Positions 37,027 to 47,348 of a stretch of DNA of 64,000 nucleotides are shown piece by piece; the first letter of the stretch is position 1; every line of letters starts with the position of its first letter. Below the pieces are notes generated by a model. It was given only the letters and a program-made list of their open reading frames with translations. It was not told the DNA's origin and ran no database searches. The DNA is taken from positions 64,001 to 128,000 of the IMG/VR virus record IMGVR_UViG_3300046171_000314; one strand, given 5' to 3'. Both the position numbers and the translations under genes were made by a program. The DNA comes from a virus.

Positions 37027-39104
37027 TGAGTTCTAAGTTACCCTCAGAAACACTTGTGCCTAGAGGTCTTAATGGTCTTGTGGATACGTACCCTGACTTG
37101 AATTACGGATTAGGAGTGTTGGAGAAAAGACATTTGATTGATAGTGGTGAACAAACAGCACAGATCCCTGATGGATTACAAAAAGAATCTGACTTGTTGT
37201 TAGGAGATCTCTCAGGGTTTATGGGGGAAGAAAGTAATTCCGATCTGTTATTTATGGATATAGAGCCTGATCCTGAGATTCAATCTTTGCCTGAGTTTCA
37301 AGAGCCTGTTGCCGAACTCGAAGCGGCTTGGGCAGAGAGAGATCATACTCCTCTTTATGCAGAACACCAAAAAGAATTAATCGCTCCTGTGCAATCGGTT
37401 TCCCCTGAGATTTCAGAAGAATTGCTTGAGGAAACTCTGTACAAGGCGGCTCGTGCTTATGCTAACGGATTATCTCAAAAAGAGATAGATCGGTTGGTCA
37501 AAGCATCTCTTGGTGGAATGACCGACATGCTTCAAGAGGAACTTGAATGGTTGAAGGGGCAGCGAGGTCTTAATGGTAATGTTTATGTTCTTGCTAGTGC
37601 CTACCCTAATCTTCATAATGGACAATGGAAAGAGGAGGTTCGAAAACTAGCCCAAAGAGCAAGATATTTAATAGTCGACACAGACACAGTAATGGGTCGG
37701 AAACTTGCTTCTCAAGACCGTTTTATGGGGATGCAGATTGTAGAGGAAGTGGGTTGGAAAGAAGCCTTCAATCACTATGCTCCCAAATTAAAGTCTTTGG
37801 GGTGTCGGTTGGCGAGTGAGGGTTCTTATGAACAACGAATTCAACAAGGGTTCTTAAACATTCCCAAACGCAAAGCGAACTTGGGTACAAGACCGCAAGA
37901 CTTTCGACCAACAGATCACATTACTCTTAAGGAAGCACAGCAAGAGTTTTCACAACTCATTCCGCAAGAGAGAAGGGTTTATGTAAGAGAGGCGAGCGAG
38001 AACAGAATACGCCTTAAGCAAGCAACCAAAAAAGTTATTCAATCATATAGAGCAGGGTTTATCTCTAAGTCAGAGTTGAAAGAAATAGTTGCGACAGGAG
38101 ACCATCGGAAGATGCTCCAAATGTTGTCTTCTAAGAAGAAACTCTCTTCTGAAAGTTCTGAATACACCGCACCGATAATAGGAAGACACCAAGATACAAG
38201 AAGAGAAGCATCTGTAGATGTTCGTGAAAGCCGCATACAGAAAAAACAGGCAGAGAGACATCGCAAAACAGTTGCACAGAAAGTTCAAAAGGTAGCAAAG
38301 GCAATCAAGAGTGGGCTTCGAGGGAGTTCTTTAGCGAAGATGCTTAGAGCCAACTTTAGCAAAGAGGACTTGGTTCTAGCATCCCCTTTGTTGAATCCTC
38401 TCTTGAAAGAAACCAATGCTCTGAATGAGACAGTTAAGGAAGCAAGAGAATATAGTGGAACACCTGAGTTCAGACACCAATCTGTTCGCAAGACAGCCCA
38501 ACCTAAAAAGATATCCAAACAACAACAAGCCCTCAGAAAGATTTCTCTTTGGACAAGGCGACAAATGACAGAGGGTACTTGTGGGGAGGTTCTTACAGGA
38601 CTACTCAAAGCGAAGTTCGCCCCCTCCTTTCTTAAGTCTGCACAAGAAACTATTCTAGATGTTCGTCAGGCACACGAAGGTTTATCAGGGTTTGTTTATG
38701 TTGATGCTGAGGCTTATGCTTCACCGACAGGTACGAATGGTTGTGAAGAGGGTGCTCTGAGACATCGAGCCAACCAACTTAAGTTTGTAAAAAAGATGGC
38801 TCGTTGCGGTGGGTGTTCCTTTGCAAACACTTTGGCAGATGGCACAAGTGTTTGTCAGAAGTACAACAAAAGATTGGCAGCAGAAACACCTGTGGAGTTC
38901 CCACAAGAGTACCAACAAGAAATGATTCGTCTTTCAAATGCTAGCGATGCCGAGCAAACTGCTTCTCTTTTCGGAAGCACCTATACGAATGATTTTGGAT
39001 TACAAAATACTGCCTTAGATGGTTTTGGTTTCAATGAAACTGCAAGTGTTGAGCAACTCAGCGGTCTGTTCTTTGGCGGTATGGATATTGGGGAAGATGA
39101 ATAA
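37026..39104 (+). CDS. large putative head (core) protein
   Basis: 692 aa, many [KR]-x-A-S sites, Cys cluster CGGC...CQKY. Confidence 0.7.
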   Translation: MSSKLPSETLVPRGLNGLVDTYPDLNYGLGVLEKRHLIDSGEQTAQIPDGLQKESDLLLGDLSGFMGEESNSDLLFMDIEPDPEIQSLPEFQEPVAELEAAWAERDHTPLYAEHQKELIAPVQSVSPEISEELLEETLYKAARAYANGLSQKEIDRLVKASLGGMTDMLQEELEWLKGQRGLNGNVYVLASAYPNLHNGQWKEEVRKLAQRARYLIVDTDTVMGRKLASQDRFMGMQIVEEVGWKEAFNHYAPKLKSLGCRLASEGSYEQRIQQGFLNIPKRKANLGTRPQDFRPTDHITLKEAQQEFSQLIPQERRVYVREASENRIRLKQATKKVIQSYRAGFISKSELKEIVATGDHRKMLQMLSSKKKLSSESSEYTAPIIGRHQDTRREASVDVRESRIQKKQAERHRKTVAQKVQKVAKAIKSGLRGSSLAKMLRANFSKEDLVLASPLLNPLLKETNALNETVKEAREYSGTPEFRHQSVRKTAQPKKISKQQQALRKISLWTRRQMTEGTCGEVLTGLLKAKFAPSFLKSAQETILDVRQAHEGLSGFVYVDAEAYASPTGTNGCEEGALRHRANQLKFVKKMARCGGCSFANTLADGTSVCQKYNKRLAAETPVEFPQEYQQEMIRLSNASDAEQTASLFGSTYTNDFGLQNTALDGFGFNETASVEQLSGLFFGGMDIGEDE

Positions 39105-39913
39105 TGTACTTGAATGAAGAAAAAAGTTCTGAATTGGGTCGAGTATTGTTTGACCTTCTTACAACCCTACGAGCGATGTACGTTCATTATCAGAATTTAC
39201 ATTGGGAGAGTCAGGGTCAGGCTTTTTATAGTGATCATCTTTTGTATCAAAGATTATATGGAGGAGTCGCAGAAGAAACTGATGCTCTCGCTGAAAAGAT
39301 TTTGGGACTTACAGGGGATGGTGTTTTTGTTTCAGACATACACACTTTCGAGCACGGATACAACACTCTTCGTATTTGGTATGATGTTGCAAAGGGAAAG
39401 TCTTCAGAAGACAGGGCTTTGTTCTCTGAGTTCTACCTTTTGGAGCAGTTGGAATACACATCAGCCTACTTGGGGGAATTGGGTGCAAAGTCTCTCGGAC
39501 TAGAGGATTTCTTATCGGGATTGGCTAGTAAGCACGAGGAGCATATATACCTTCTCAGACAAAGAAATGGTTTTACAAAGAAGCGGCAAGCCTCTGCTGC
39601 TCACTTATTCTTTGATAATCCTCAGGCAAGGGAAGTTCGTGAGTTTTCCGAGAGCGGTGCTTTATCTAACAACCCTGAATCCGCAGAAACATTTGAAGAG
39701 GAATTGCGAGCCGAAATCGCACCCCCTAATCCAAGTGAGATTATCGAAGACACAGCAGGGGCGGATGAGTTCTCTACTCTTTCAAGGTTCATTGTCGAAA
39801 CAGAACAACCTGTCGAAGACGAGGCAAACATCCCACAAGGATATGACGATGTTGATAAAGCCGATGATGTTCGGTTGAAACAAGGTCGTAGAAAAAGACT
39901 TACTTGGAGATAA
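39104..39913 (+). CDS. Dps/ferritin-like protein with acidic C-terminal extension
   Basis: HW...G..FYSDHLLYQRLY, DALAEKI, HEEHIYLL (Dps ferroxidase pattern). Confidence 0.8.
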   Translation: MYLNEEKSSELGRVLFDLLTTLRAMYVHYQNLHWESQGQAFYSDHLLYQRLYGGVAEETDALAEKILGLTGDGVFVSDIHTFEHGYNTLRIWYDVAKGKSSEDRALFSEFYLLEQLEYTSAYLGELGAKSLGLEDFLSGLASKHEEHIYLLRQRNGFTKKRQASAAHLFFDNPQAREVREFSESGALSNNPESAETFEEELRAEIAPPNPSEIIEDTAGADEFSTLSRFIVETEQPVEDEANIPQGYDDVDKADDVRLKQGRRKRLTWR

Positions 39914-39916
39914 GAA

Positions 39917-40438
39917 ATGAGCAACAAGCAAAAATTAATTGACCTGATGAAAGAAGGCGACATATCTTCAATAAAACAAGCAATAGAGTTGAACAAAGTT
40001 CTGAATTTGCTTCCTACTCAAAAACTTTTTGATGCCTTAGAGTGGAATGGCAAAGTGTTGACTGAAGAGTTGTTTGAGTATGTTTCTGAGATAGATGCAA
40101 TCAATGACATCTTTGATAAGATTCGCAAAAAGTATGGCGGAGAAAACTCTGATAGTATTGCAAGGTTTTTTCCTATTGATACAGGATCACACTTGCTGCA
40201 GCAATCATTTTATATGTTCTTTGAAATGGATAAGTTGTTTTCTTATTCTCCATCTTCTCCTGTATCGGCATCCATTAAAAAATTATCCGACATTGAAAAA
40301 GATATTCGTAGTGGGATCGCATCTGCCAAAGGCATTTCATTGGCAGGGGAAGTTCTTATGTTCACTATTTCAGATAAAGACATCCTATTTCAAGCAAGTT
40401 TGAACGTAGACCTAGACTTTTTCATCTCACGACTTTAG
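39917..40438 (+). CDS. hypothetical protein
   Basis: Shares KL...IKQAI.L motif with 6060. Confidence 0.6.
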   Translation: MSNKQKLIDLMKEGDISSIKQAIELNKVLNLLPTQKLFDALEWNGKVLTEELFEYVSEIDAINDIFDKIRKKYGGENSDSIARFFPIDTGSHLLQQSFYMFFEMDKLFSYSPSSPVSASIKKLSDIEKDIRSGIASAKGISLAGEVLMFTISDKDILFQASLNVDLDFFISRL

Positions 40439-40448
40439 GAGATAAAAC

Positions 40449-41066
40449 ATGAAAATCGCAAAGCCACCTTTCACAATGATTGCACCACAAATCAAAAGTC
40501 CAAGCGACCCAAGCAAGGGTGTTGCTGCTACGGTTTCGGGTAATGCGGTCACTTTTCAAGAAGTCTCTGAGTTCCAAAGTGCTGTTCCTTCAACTCACCC
40601 ACTCCCTTCTCGTGGCGGCTTGCACAGAACAATAAAAGGAAATCTCACAGGAACACCGACAGGAGCAGTAGCCCAAATCGAATTTGATCCTGCCGCTACG
40701 GTACATAGCATTCCCTTTAATCTTTTTATTGGTTCATATGAACTTCGCTCAGGACACTCTGCCTCTTACAGTTCTTCCACAGACCTTGTTGGGGAGTTTC
40801 AGAACTCAAACAATATCAGCCCTGCTGCAAATACTCTTGCAGTGGCTGACTTTTTGGCAACCCTTGAAACTGCTTTGCAGGCTGTAGGTTTTTCGACATC
40901 GGTTGTTGGCAGTACTATTGAGATTACAGCACCCATTGGGTTAGACTATAATGACTTAGAGATTTCTTATTCTATTCGTGGTGTTGCCACAGGTTCTACT
41001 CCTATTGTATCCATTACACAATTTTCAGGAGGTCTTCCATCTGTCGGTGGTATTGTGATCTCATAG
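40449..41066 (+). CDS. putative structural protein
   Basis: Ser/Thr/Gly-rich, FSGG C-terminal motif typical of sheath-like or virion domains. Confidence 0.55.
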   Translation: MKIAKPPFTMIAPQIKSPSDPSKGVAATVSGNAVTFQEVSEFQSAVPSTHPLPSRGGLHRTIKGNLTGTPTGAVAQIEFDPAATVHSIPFNLFIGSYELRSGHSASYSSSTDLVGEFQNSNNISPAANTLAVADFLATLETALQAVGFSTSVVGSTIEITAPIGLDYNDLEISYSIRGVATGSTPIVSITQFSGGLPSVGGIVIS

Positions 41067-41076
41067 GAGGAAAAGT

Positions 41077-41877
41077 ATGTCTGAAGAAAGCAAGCCTGAG
41101 ATAGATAAGCAGGCAGTATTGGCGGCTCTGCCATCAGATGTTTCTCGTATCCAAGTAAAGGATACCGAAGATAAGATTAGGTTTCGTTTGTTGGATGAGG
41201 TTCGTTGGGATGACGAACTACAATTTAATAAACATGGACAGCCTATTGTAATGCGAGGTTCTTTGGGTCGCCCCAAAGATGATTCTCGTTCTCCCATACC
41301 AACGGTTTTGGAGGAGGAGAAAGACCCAAATGTCTTTGTGCCCATAGTTAAGAGCAAAGGGAAAAAATCATTTATTAAGAATAAAGCACCTACCGCTCCA
41401 ACACAGCCTACGATACAAACCCCTGTCGCAGTTGTTCCTGCAACAAGTATCCCCCAACCTACCCCTGCAACGAGTGGGGTTCTTGGAACAATAAAAGAAG
41501 ACCCTGAGAGCGTGGATGTTCTGTACCACGTTATGCAAGGCTTGGCAGAAGAGGCGGAGGCTATGGCACACGCAAGGCTTTTGTTGGAGTCACAGGGTAA
41601 GAACGCCTCCAATGTATCAGCCAAGCGAGTATCGGCACTAAGGGCTGTCGGAGATACTTGGTTGAAAAGAAAAGAGCAAATTGGGTCAAAGGGTGTGGAC
41701 TTGAATTCTCTTGCTTTCAAAAGGGTTTTCACATTTATTATGGATACCTTTCGAGTGTCTTTGATGGTGAGTGGTGTTCGTGCGGAGCAAATCGAAGTAA
41801 TCTTCGCAAAACTTGCGGCAAAGATCGACGACGATTGGATGAAAGAGGCTCAGAAGAAAGTCGAAGGCGAGGAATAA
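41077..41877 (+). CDS. hypothetical protein, possible terminase small subunit
   Basis: Immediately upstream of TerL; helical C-terminal domain; function from position only. Confidence 0.4.
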   Translation: MSEESKPEIDKQAVLAALPSDVSRIQVKDTEDKIRFRLLDEVRWDDELQFNKHGQPIVMRGSLGRPKDDSRSPIPTVLEEEKDPNVFVPIVKSKGKKSFIKNKAPTAPTQPTIQTPVAVVPATSIPQPTPATSGVLGTIKEDPESVDVLYHVMQGLAEEAEAMAHARLLLESQGKNASNVSAKRVSALRAVGDTWLKRKEQIGSKGVDLNSLAFKRVFTFIMDTFRVSLMVSGVRAEQIEVIFAKLAAKIDDDWMKEAQKKVEGEE

Positions 41878-41880
41878 TCT

Positions 41881-43698
41881 ATGGCAGGTCTTGCTGACAT
41901 TGCAATGGGTGCAGGCAGGGTTCGTGGCAGTGAAAGTCGAGATGTTGTAGATATTATCACTTTCATTGAGAGCGAATGGGGCTTGAAGATGAAACTTTTC
42001 CCCATTCAAAGAGTGATCTTGAAAGCCCACTATGGGATACCTCTTGATGACAAAGTTAAGGATGTGCCTGTATCGGATTGGAGGCGTATCAATAACAGAA
42101 TGATGACCGAGTTAGAGTACCTCCAATACCTTTATGATGATGGTCGGTGTAACATTAACTATGTTGAAGAAGGACACGAAAGACGAGAAATGATTCTCTC
42201 TGTTGGTCGAAGATCAGGAAAAACTACAATTAGTGCTTGTGTTGCTGCCTATGAGACGTACAAGTTGATTTCAAAAGGTGATCCACAAGCCTTTTATGGG
42301 TTGCCTGCAAGCAACGTTATACAGTTGATATCTGTTGCGACAGATAAAGACCAAGCAGGTTTGTTGTACAACGAGGTATCAGGACACTTTCGGAACTGTA
42401 CTTTTTTCACACCGTATATGGCTAACAACACAATGTCTTACGCAAGGTTTCAAACACCTATGGACATTGATAGGTATGGGTCTTATGCAGAGGACAATAG
42501 TGCCAATGCGAACATCAAGGTAACATTCAGGTCTTGTGTTGCTAAGGGTCTTCGTGGTGCAGGTAATATTTGCGTCATCCTTGATGAGGTTGCTCACTTT
42601 ACGGATAAAGGACAGAGTGGTGCAGAGGCGGTTTATAATGCGGTCACACCTTCGACATCGGCATACTCACAGAAAGACCCCAATGACAAATCAAAGCCTG
42701 TCGGACCTGTTGAAGGTCGAATTATTTCGATTAGTTCCCCTCTTGGAAAACAAGGTTTGTTCTATAAGTTGTTTCAAACTGCTATGGGCAGCGGAAAGGC
42801 AGCGGAGAATATGTTGGCTGTTCAAGCCCCTACTTGGGAGGTAAATCCTACTGTTCCTGCAAGCGAATTTGAGAAGCATTATGTGAAAGACCCACGAGTA
42901 TTTTTTACGGAATATGGTGCAGAGTTTTCAGATAGAACTAGGGGTTGGATAGAAGATAGGGTTGACTTAATGGCTTGTGTCATTGATGGTCGGAAAGCAA
43001 AGCAACGAGGTATTCCTCGATCTCCGCACTTTATGGGAATTGACTTGGGCTTAGTGGGTGATGGCAGTGCCGTTGCTATTGGGCACATAGAAGATGGAAA
43101 GGTGATTCTTGATTGTGTGGAACAAATAAAGGCAGGCGAAGGGGCATTTGTCGACAAGGAAAGACTAGAGTTTGATGATGTTGCTGATTGGGTTTATGAA
43201 TGGACAAAGAAGTTCTACATAAAAGAAGGAATGTTCGATCAATGGGCAGGAATACCTTTTGAACAGGCTCTTGCGAAAAGAGGGTTGAAAGTTATAAAGT
43301 CGAAGCACTTTACAAAGACCCTAACATCTCAAATGTTTCAGAATTTTAAGAACTTAATGTTTGATGAGAAGTTGGAATTATACAATGACCCTTCTGAGGA
43401 AGAGGAGTTGTCAGACTATCTCCAAGAGTTGCTTGAACTTCAAGCCCAAATACATAGCAAACACCTCATTACAGTAGAAGCCCCCCAAGTAGATGGAAAA
43501 CACGATGATATGTCAGATGCCATAGTTCGTATGGTGTGGTGTGCTTCCCAAAATATGTCAAAGCAGTTAAGGATGACTACATCGAGTGGAAAGGTTTTCG
43601 GTAATGCTCCAATAAATTCTAATAGGCGACACGTAAAGAGTAGGGTTAGGGCTATGAAAGGTGGTTCTCATCCAAGTCGATACAAGAAGAAAAGATGA
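41881..43698 (+). CDS. terL: terminase large subunit
   Basis: Walker A GRRSGKTT, Walker B VILDEVAH, coupling ISSP, EYGAEF, nuclease GIDLG...D and KHDDMSDA. Confidence 0.95.
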   Translation: MAGLADIAMGAGRVRGSESRDVVDIITFIESEWGLKMKLFPIQRVILKAHYGIPLDDKVKDVPVSDWRRINNRMMTELEYLQYLYDDGRCNINYVEEGHERREMILSVGRRSGKTTISACVAAYETYKLISKGDPQAFYGLPASNVIQLISVATDKDQAGLLYNEVSGHFRNCTFFTPYMANNTMSYARFQTPMDIDRYGSYAEDNSANANIKVTFRSCVAKGLRGAGNICVILDEVAHFTDKGQSGAEAVYNAVTPSTSAYSQKDPNDKSKPVGPVEGRIISISSPLGKQGLFYKLFQTAMGSGKAAENMLAVQAPTWEVNPTVPASEFEKHYVKDPRVFFTEYGAEFSDRTRGWIEDRVDLMACVIDGRKAKQRGIPRSPHFMGIDLGLVGDGSAVAIGHIEDGKVILDCVEQIKAGEGAFVDKERLEFDDVADWVYEWTKKFYIKEGMFDQWAGIPFEQALAKRGLKVIKSKHFTKTLTSQMFQNFKNLMFDEKLELYNDPSEEEELSDYLQELLELQAQIHSKHLITVEAPQVDGKHDDMSDAIVRMVWCASQNMSKQLRMTTSSGKVFGNAPINSNRRHVKSRVRAMKGGSHPSRYKKKR

Positions 43699-43708
43699 GG
43701 GTGCTTCA

Positions 43709-43951
43709 ATGTCAAAACCTATTCGCTCTGATTACCGATTGGTTCAGAGATTAATAAAGATACAGGGAAAAAAGAAGGGTCTTTCCCCCACGAGTGGGGA
43801 TTTCGATAAGATCATTCGTGCCTTTGGTCAGGTAGGAGGTTCTTGGGAGAAGTTATTCAAGGGAAGTGTGGATGATATGTCCCTCTTGAAAAAAATAATC
43901 AAAGTCGGCATTGAAAAAGAACTCTTTACAAAGAAAGACACTTGGAGTTGA
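43709..43951 (+). CDS. hypothetical protein
   Basis: Start revised to MSKPIRSD. Confidence 0.6.
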   Translation: MSKPIRSDYRLVQRLIKIQGKKKGLSPTSGDFDKIIRAFGQVGGSWEKLFKGSVDDMSLLKKIIKVGIEKELFTKKDTWS

Positions 43952-43952
43952 T

Positions 43953-44522
43953 ATGAGATTGATACACCATTCAATGGGAAATGCAGAGCACGATGTAGAG
44001 TTAAACTTTCTTGGGGATAGATTTCCTGTCAAAGCACACCCAATACTGAGAGAGAGCGGTTGGCGTGGGGGTCAATGGGTAATGTATGTGACAGCCCCTA
44101 CTAGCGAAGAATTTATGGTTGTCAAAAGTGATGGCACAGCCTGTGCAGGATTTCTGCTTTTTCCAAGTGAGAATTACGACCCTGTTCCTCCCTTTGGAAC
44201 AGGGGTGGGATCTACTGAAAATTACATAGGGATTCAGCCTGCGGCTAATCCAAATAACGCCATCACGATGGTGAATGGAGGAACACGAGCCTACTTTAAG
44301 GTTTTTGAAACAGTTGCTTTAAGTGGTGGAACAAGATCAGGAGGGGCGATTACTTATTCTTTGAATGAGGAGATAAAGATATCGGAGAATGGCTTACTCT
44401 GTAATGATAGTAATGTGCAATTTGGGCTTGCAGGGATTACAACTCCTGTCGTCATTGGTATAGTGTCAGCAATACCTAATCCTGCTAATGGGAATAGGCT
44501 TTGTGTGGATATAAAGTATTGA
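43953..44522 (+). CDS. capsid decoration-like protein (paralog of 55595)
   Basis: FETV...TY......S.NG.L...IGI shared with 55595. Confidence 0.6.
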   Translation: MRLIHHSMGNAEHDVELNFLGDRFPVKAHPILRESGWRGGQWVMYVTAPTSEEFMVVKSDGTACAGFLLFPSENYDPVPPFGTGVGSTENYIGIQPAANPNNAITMVNGGTRAYFKVFETVALSGGTRSGGAITYSLNEEIKISENGLLCNDSNVQFGLAGITTPVVIGIVSAIPNPANGNRLCVDIKY

Positions 44523-44523
44523 T

Positions 44524-44823
44524 ATGGGAAGACTTAGAGCAAGATTAGCAACAAATCCTGTTGAAAAGGATATATTAAAGAACTTGGCAGAGGCGGAACG
44601 GTCTTTATTGAAAGTTCTCGACATTGCTCGTTCGAGTCGTAAGGACAAAAATCTCCGACTCGGTAGATTGTCTGAAATTGAGCAGAAGGTACAATCGGCT
44701 ATTCGCTTGATAGATAATCCCCCAAGCATTACATCTAAGATAGATGCACAAGACCCTGATTTAAATCCGACAGTTCGTGATAGAAAACGAATGGAACGGA
44801 TGGAAAAGAGAGGTAAGAAATGA
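44524..44823 (+). CDS. basic hypothetical protein
   Basis: Coupled ORF before portal. Confidence 0.6.
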   Translation: MGRLRARLATNPVEKDILKNLAEAERSLLKVLDIARSSRKDKNLRLGRLSEIEQKVQSAIRLIDNPPSITSKIDAQDPDLNPTVRDRKRMERMEKRGKK

Positions 44824-46505
44824 CAAAGAAAAACGAGGGTGAAAAAGAAGTAGCCAAGTTAAAATCACGTCCTAATGTTCAGACAGGCAAGCCTCGAAAA
44901 CTAACAGCAAGTTCAATGCGGATTGCAGGGTTACAGACTTACTCAGGGTCAGAGGGTTCAGGAGGGAATTTTTATTCTCCTGAGTTGAGCACGGACTTTC
45001 TTGAACTTCCTCAGAGTATGCACGAGCGATGGAACTACTTTCGGTTCTTCTATCGGTCTGAACCTTTCGTCGGGCAGGCAATTGACTTACACACTGAGTT
45101 GCCCCTATCTAAGATTAGGCTTGGATTTCCTAAGTACATAAAGAACAGAGATATGGCGAAAGAGGCTTTGGTGTTTTGTGAGAGATGGTCAAAGAAGATT
45201 GGGCTGCTCCATAGAATGATAGAAATTGTCCACGAATATAATCTTATTGGTGAGGTCTTTGTTTTTATGGAGGACACGACTCCTGACCCCCCTAAAAGGT
45301 TGAGATATGAAACTGTCCGAAGGTTGGAAGAAGATGGCACTCTCTTTGAGGAAGAGATTGAACACGAAAACGCAGACGAAAAAGAGATTGAGTGGTTAAA
45401 GAAAAACTACTCAGGTTGGACAGCCATTCGAGTGCTTCCTCCTGAGCAAGTACATGTTCAATCCTTTCCGTTCACCGACGAAAAGATAATGGAACTTATT
45501 CCTGACAGTAAGACAAAGGATATCATTGCCCAATCAGACGCAGGGGACATTCACGCCAAAAGGGTGGTTGATTCAATGCCAAAGGGTGTTGTTGATTCGG
45601 TTCGTGAAGGGAACAACATTCCTTTGAACACTGATCCTGAGGCAGGTTCTTTTGTGACCTACCTTGCTCGTAAAAAATCTCAGTACGAAGATAGAGGGCA
45701 TTCTATTCTTGAACGGTGTATTCGGACACTTGTTTTCAGAGATAAATTACGCCAAGCAAATACAAGTATTGCCTCTCGTCATATGACACCTATTCGATTG
45801 GTCTTTGCTGAGGATATGGATGTCCAAGATGTAGAAGATTTGAGAGAACAGGTCGACTTGGCTCTTGCTGATCCCGACTTTTCGATTATCGCCAACTTTC
45901 AAATTAATTGGGAAGAGATGGGTTCAGATCAAAGACTCTTGGAGTTGTCAGGAGAGTATGACTTGACCGATAGACAGTTGTATGCAGGTCTTGGGGTAAC
46001 AGAGGGGCTACTTAGCGGTGAAAGTTCTTACAGTGGGGATAGAATAAACCTTGAGGTCATCAACACTCGCTATATGCTTCTTCGAGAAATCTTACAGGAT
46101 TTGGTTGAGGAAAAGATGCTCAAACCAATGTGTGCTCGTATGGGTTTCATAGAAGAAGATGAGTATGGCAATGAGCAGGTGTTATATCCGACACTATCCT
46201 TTACTCGTTTGGCTCTCAGAGATAACAATGACACCTTTGATGCGTTGTTCAACCTGTATCAAAAGGGTTCGCTTGATGTTGATATTATTCTCGAACTCTT
46301 GAACATTGATCCTGTGGCAACCAAAGAGAAATTAGAGAGAGATTTATTTACTATTAATGATGGCTCATTCAATGAGGTCTTGCGAGGTATCTACGGTGAT
46401 GTGGGTCGAGCATTGGCAGAGAACAGCGATGCGGTAGAGATTATTGCGAAGAACTTGGGCTTAGACTATGCTGTTCCTGAGGAAGAGGGTGGCGGCAGGT
46501 TCTAA
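44820..46505 (+). CDS. portal protein
   Basis: 561 aa downstream of TerL; P.VGQAIDLHTELPLS, EYNLIGEVF, RGHSILERC, GLGV...LL.GE pattern of large-phage portals. Confidence 0.85.
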   Translation: MTKKNEGEKEVAKLKSRPNVQTGKPRKLTASSMRIAGLQTYSGSEGSGGNFYSPELSTDFLELPQSMHERWNYFRFFYRSEPFVGQAIDLHTELPLSKIRLGFPKYIKNRDMAKEALVFCERWSKKIGLLHRMIEIVHEYNLIGEVFVFMEDTTPDPPKRLRYETVRRLEEDGTLFEEEIEHENADEKEIEWLKKNYSGWTAIRVLPPEQVHVQSFPFTDEKIMELIPDSKTKDIIAQSDAGDIHAKRVVDSMPKGVVDSVREGNNIPLNTDPEAGSFVTYLARKKSQYEDRGHSILERCIRTLVFRDKLRQANTSIASRHMTPIRLVFAEDMDVQDVEDLREQVDLALADPDFSIIANFQINWEEMGSDQRLLELSGEYDLTDRQLYAGLGVTEGLLSGESSYSGDRINLEVINTRYMLLREILQDLVEEKMLKPMCARMGFIEEDEYGNEQVLYPTLSFTRLALRDNNDTFDALFNLYQKGSLDVDIILELLNIDPVATKEKLERDLFTINDGSFNEVLRGIYGDVGRALAENSDAVEIIAKNLGLDYAVPEEEGGGRF

Positions 46506-46506
46506 T

Positions 46507-46914
46507 CTACCTAACACTGTGTCGAGGATTACCTGTTAGATTGGCAAGGGAGATGTGGAACGTTCTGTTCTCCCTTATATTAATTCCAAGATCCCTTCTA
46601 ATACTATCCACAAACTTTTCTAATGCTTTTTGAGTGGTTGGGGTTACTTTCAGTGCCCAAGTTTCACGACCTTGTTTTTCGTCTATTCTGTACCAAATTT
46701 TATTCTCAAATTGAATCTTTGGTATTGTAGGGAACACAAACTCTTTCGAATTAAGAATATCCTTGTAAGGAGATAAGATATCATAATGTATAAGAGTGAT
46801 GTGGGTAACACTTGGGTCAAGAACTACTGCTCTTTCGGGAAAAGAAAACCTCTTGTGTATTTCTCCAAAAGAGCGATCTTTTAACATCAGTATTCCATCG
46901 AATTTGATTTTCAT
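46507..46914 (-). CDS. 2H phosphoesterase
   Basis: Two HxT/S motifs: THITLI and FHISLA; start revised to MKIKFDG. Confidence 0.75.
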   Translation of the reverse strand: MKIKFDGILMLKDRSFGEIHKRFSFPERAVVLDPSVTHITLIHYDILSPYKDILNSKEFVFPTIPKIQFENKIWYRIDEKQGRETWALKVTPTTQKALEKFVDSIRRDLGINIRENRTFHISLANLTGNPRHSVR

Positions 46915-46952
46915 TGTTGCTCCGAGTTTATCTTTCCTGAATAATAGAAAGA

Positions 46953-47348
46953 TTATTTGGCGGCTTGTGCTTTCTCTAACAGTTGTTTGATGTGCCACGA
47001 GCCAATTAAGGAACTGTTGAGAGTCTGCTCGATAGCCATTTGATCCATCTCTAATCGTTGATCGAGCCAAATAGCAAGTCGAATAACGTGCTTACAGATG
47101 TTCTTTCTTTTACTGCCTTCACATTCACACCTAACGGTTCTGTCTTTTATACTAATGCTTGTGTTGTATACCTGAGCATTTTCAAGAGGGGTGTGTGTCA
47201 TACCAACAACAACTCCGCTTTCAATATTGACAGAAGGGATTTCAAGGGCGACCTTGCTTGCTCTTTTCTTTCCCTCTGCTCCTTGTGCTTCAATGAGTTT
47301 GCTTAGGGTTTTTCGGTATTCTATGGTCTTTGATAGTACATTCATCAT
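46953..47348 (-). CDS. SWIM zinc-finger protein
   Basis: Y.TSI.....RCECEGSKRKNICKHV; TTTCGGTAAT motif upstream. Confidence 0.8.
   Translation of the reverse strand: MMNVLSKTIEYRKTLSKLIEAQGAEGKKRASKVALEIPSVNIESGVVVGMTHTPLENAQVYNTSISIKDRTVRCECEGSKRKNICKHVIRLAIWLDQRLEMDQMAIEQTLNSSLIGSWHIKQLLEKAQAAK

Noticed and set aside
13503-43698. Inteins or introns in nrdJ, recA, dnaX or terL
   Set aside because: Proteins are of normal length with continuous motifs; no intein splice-junction or homing-endonuclease motifs seen
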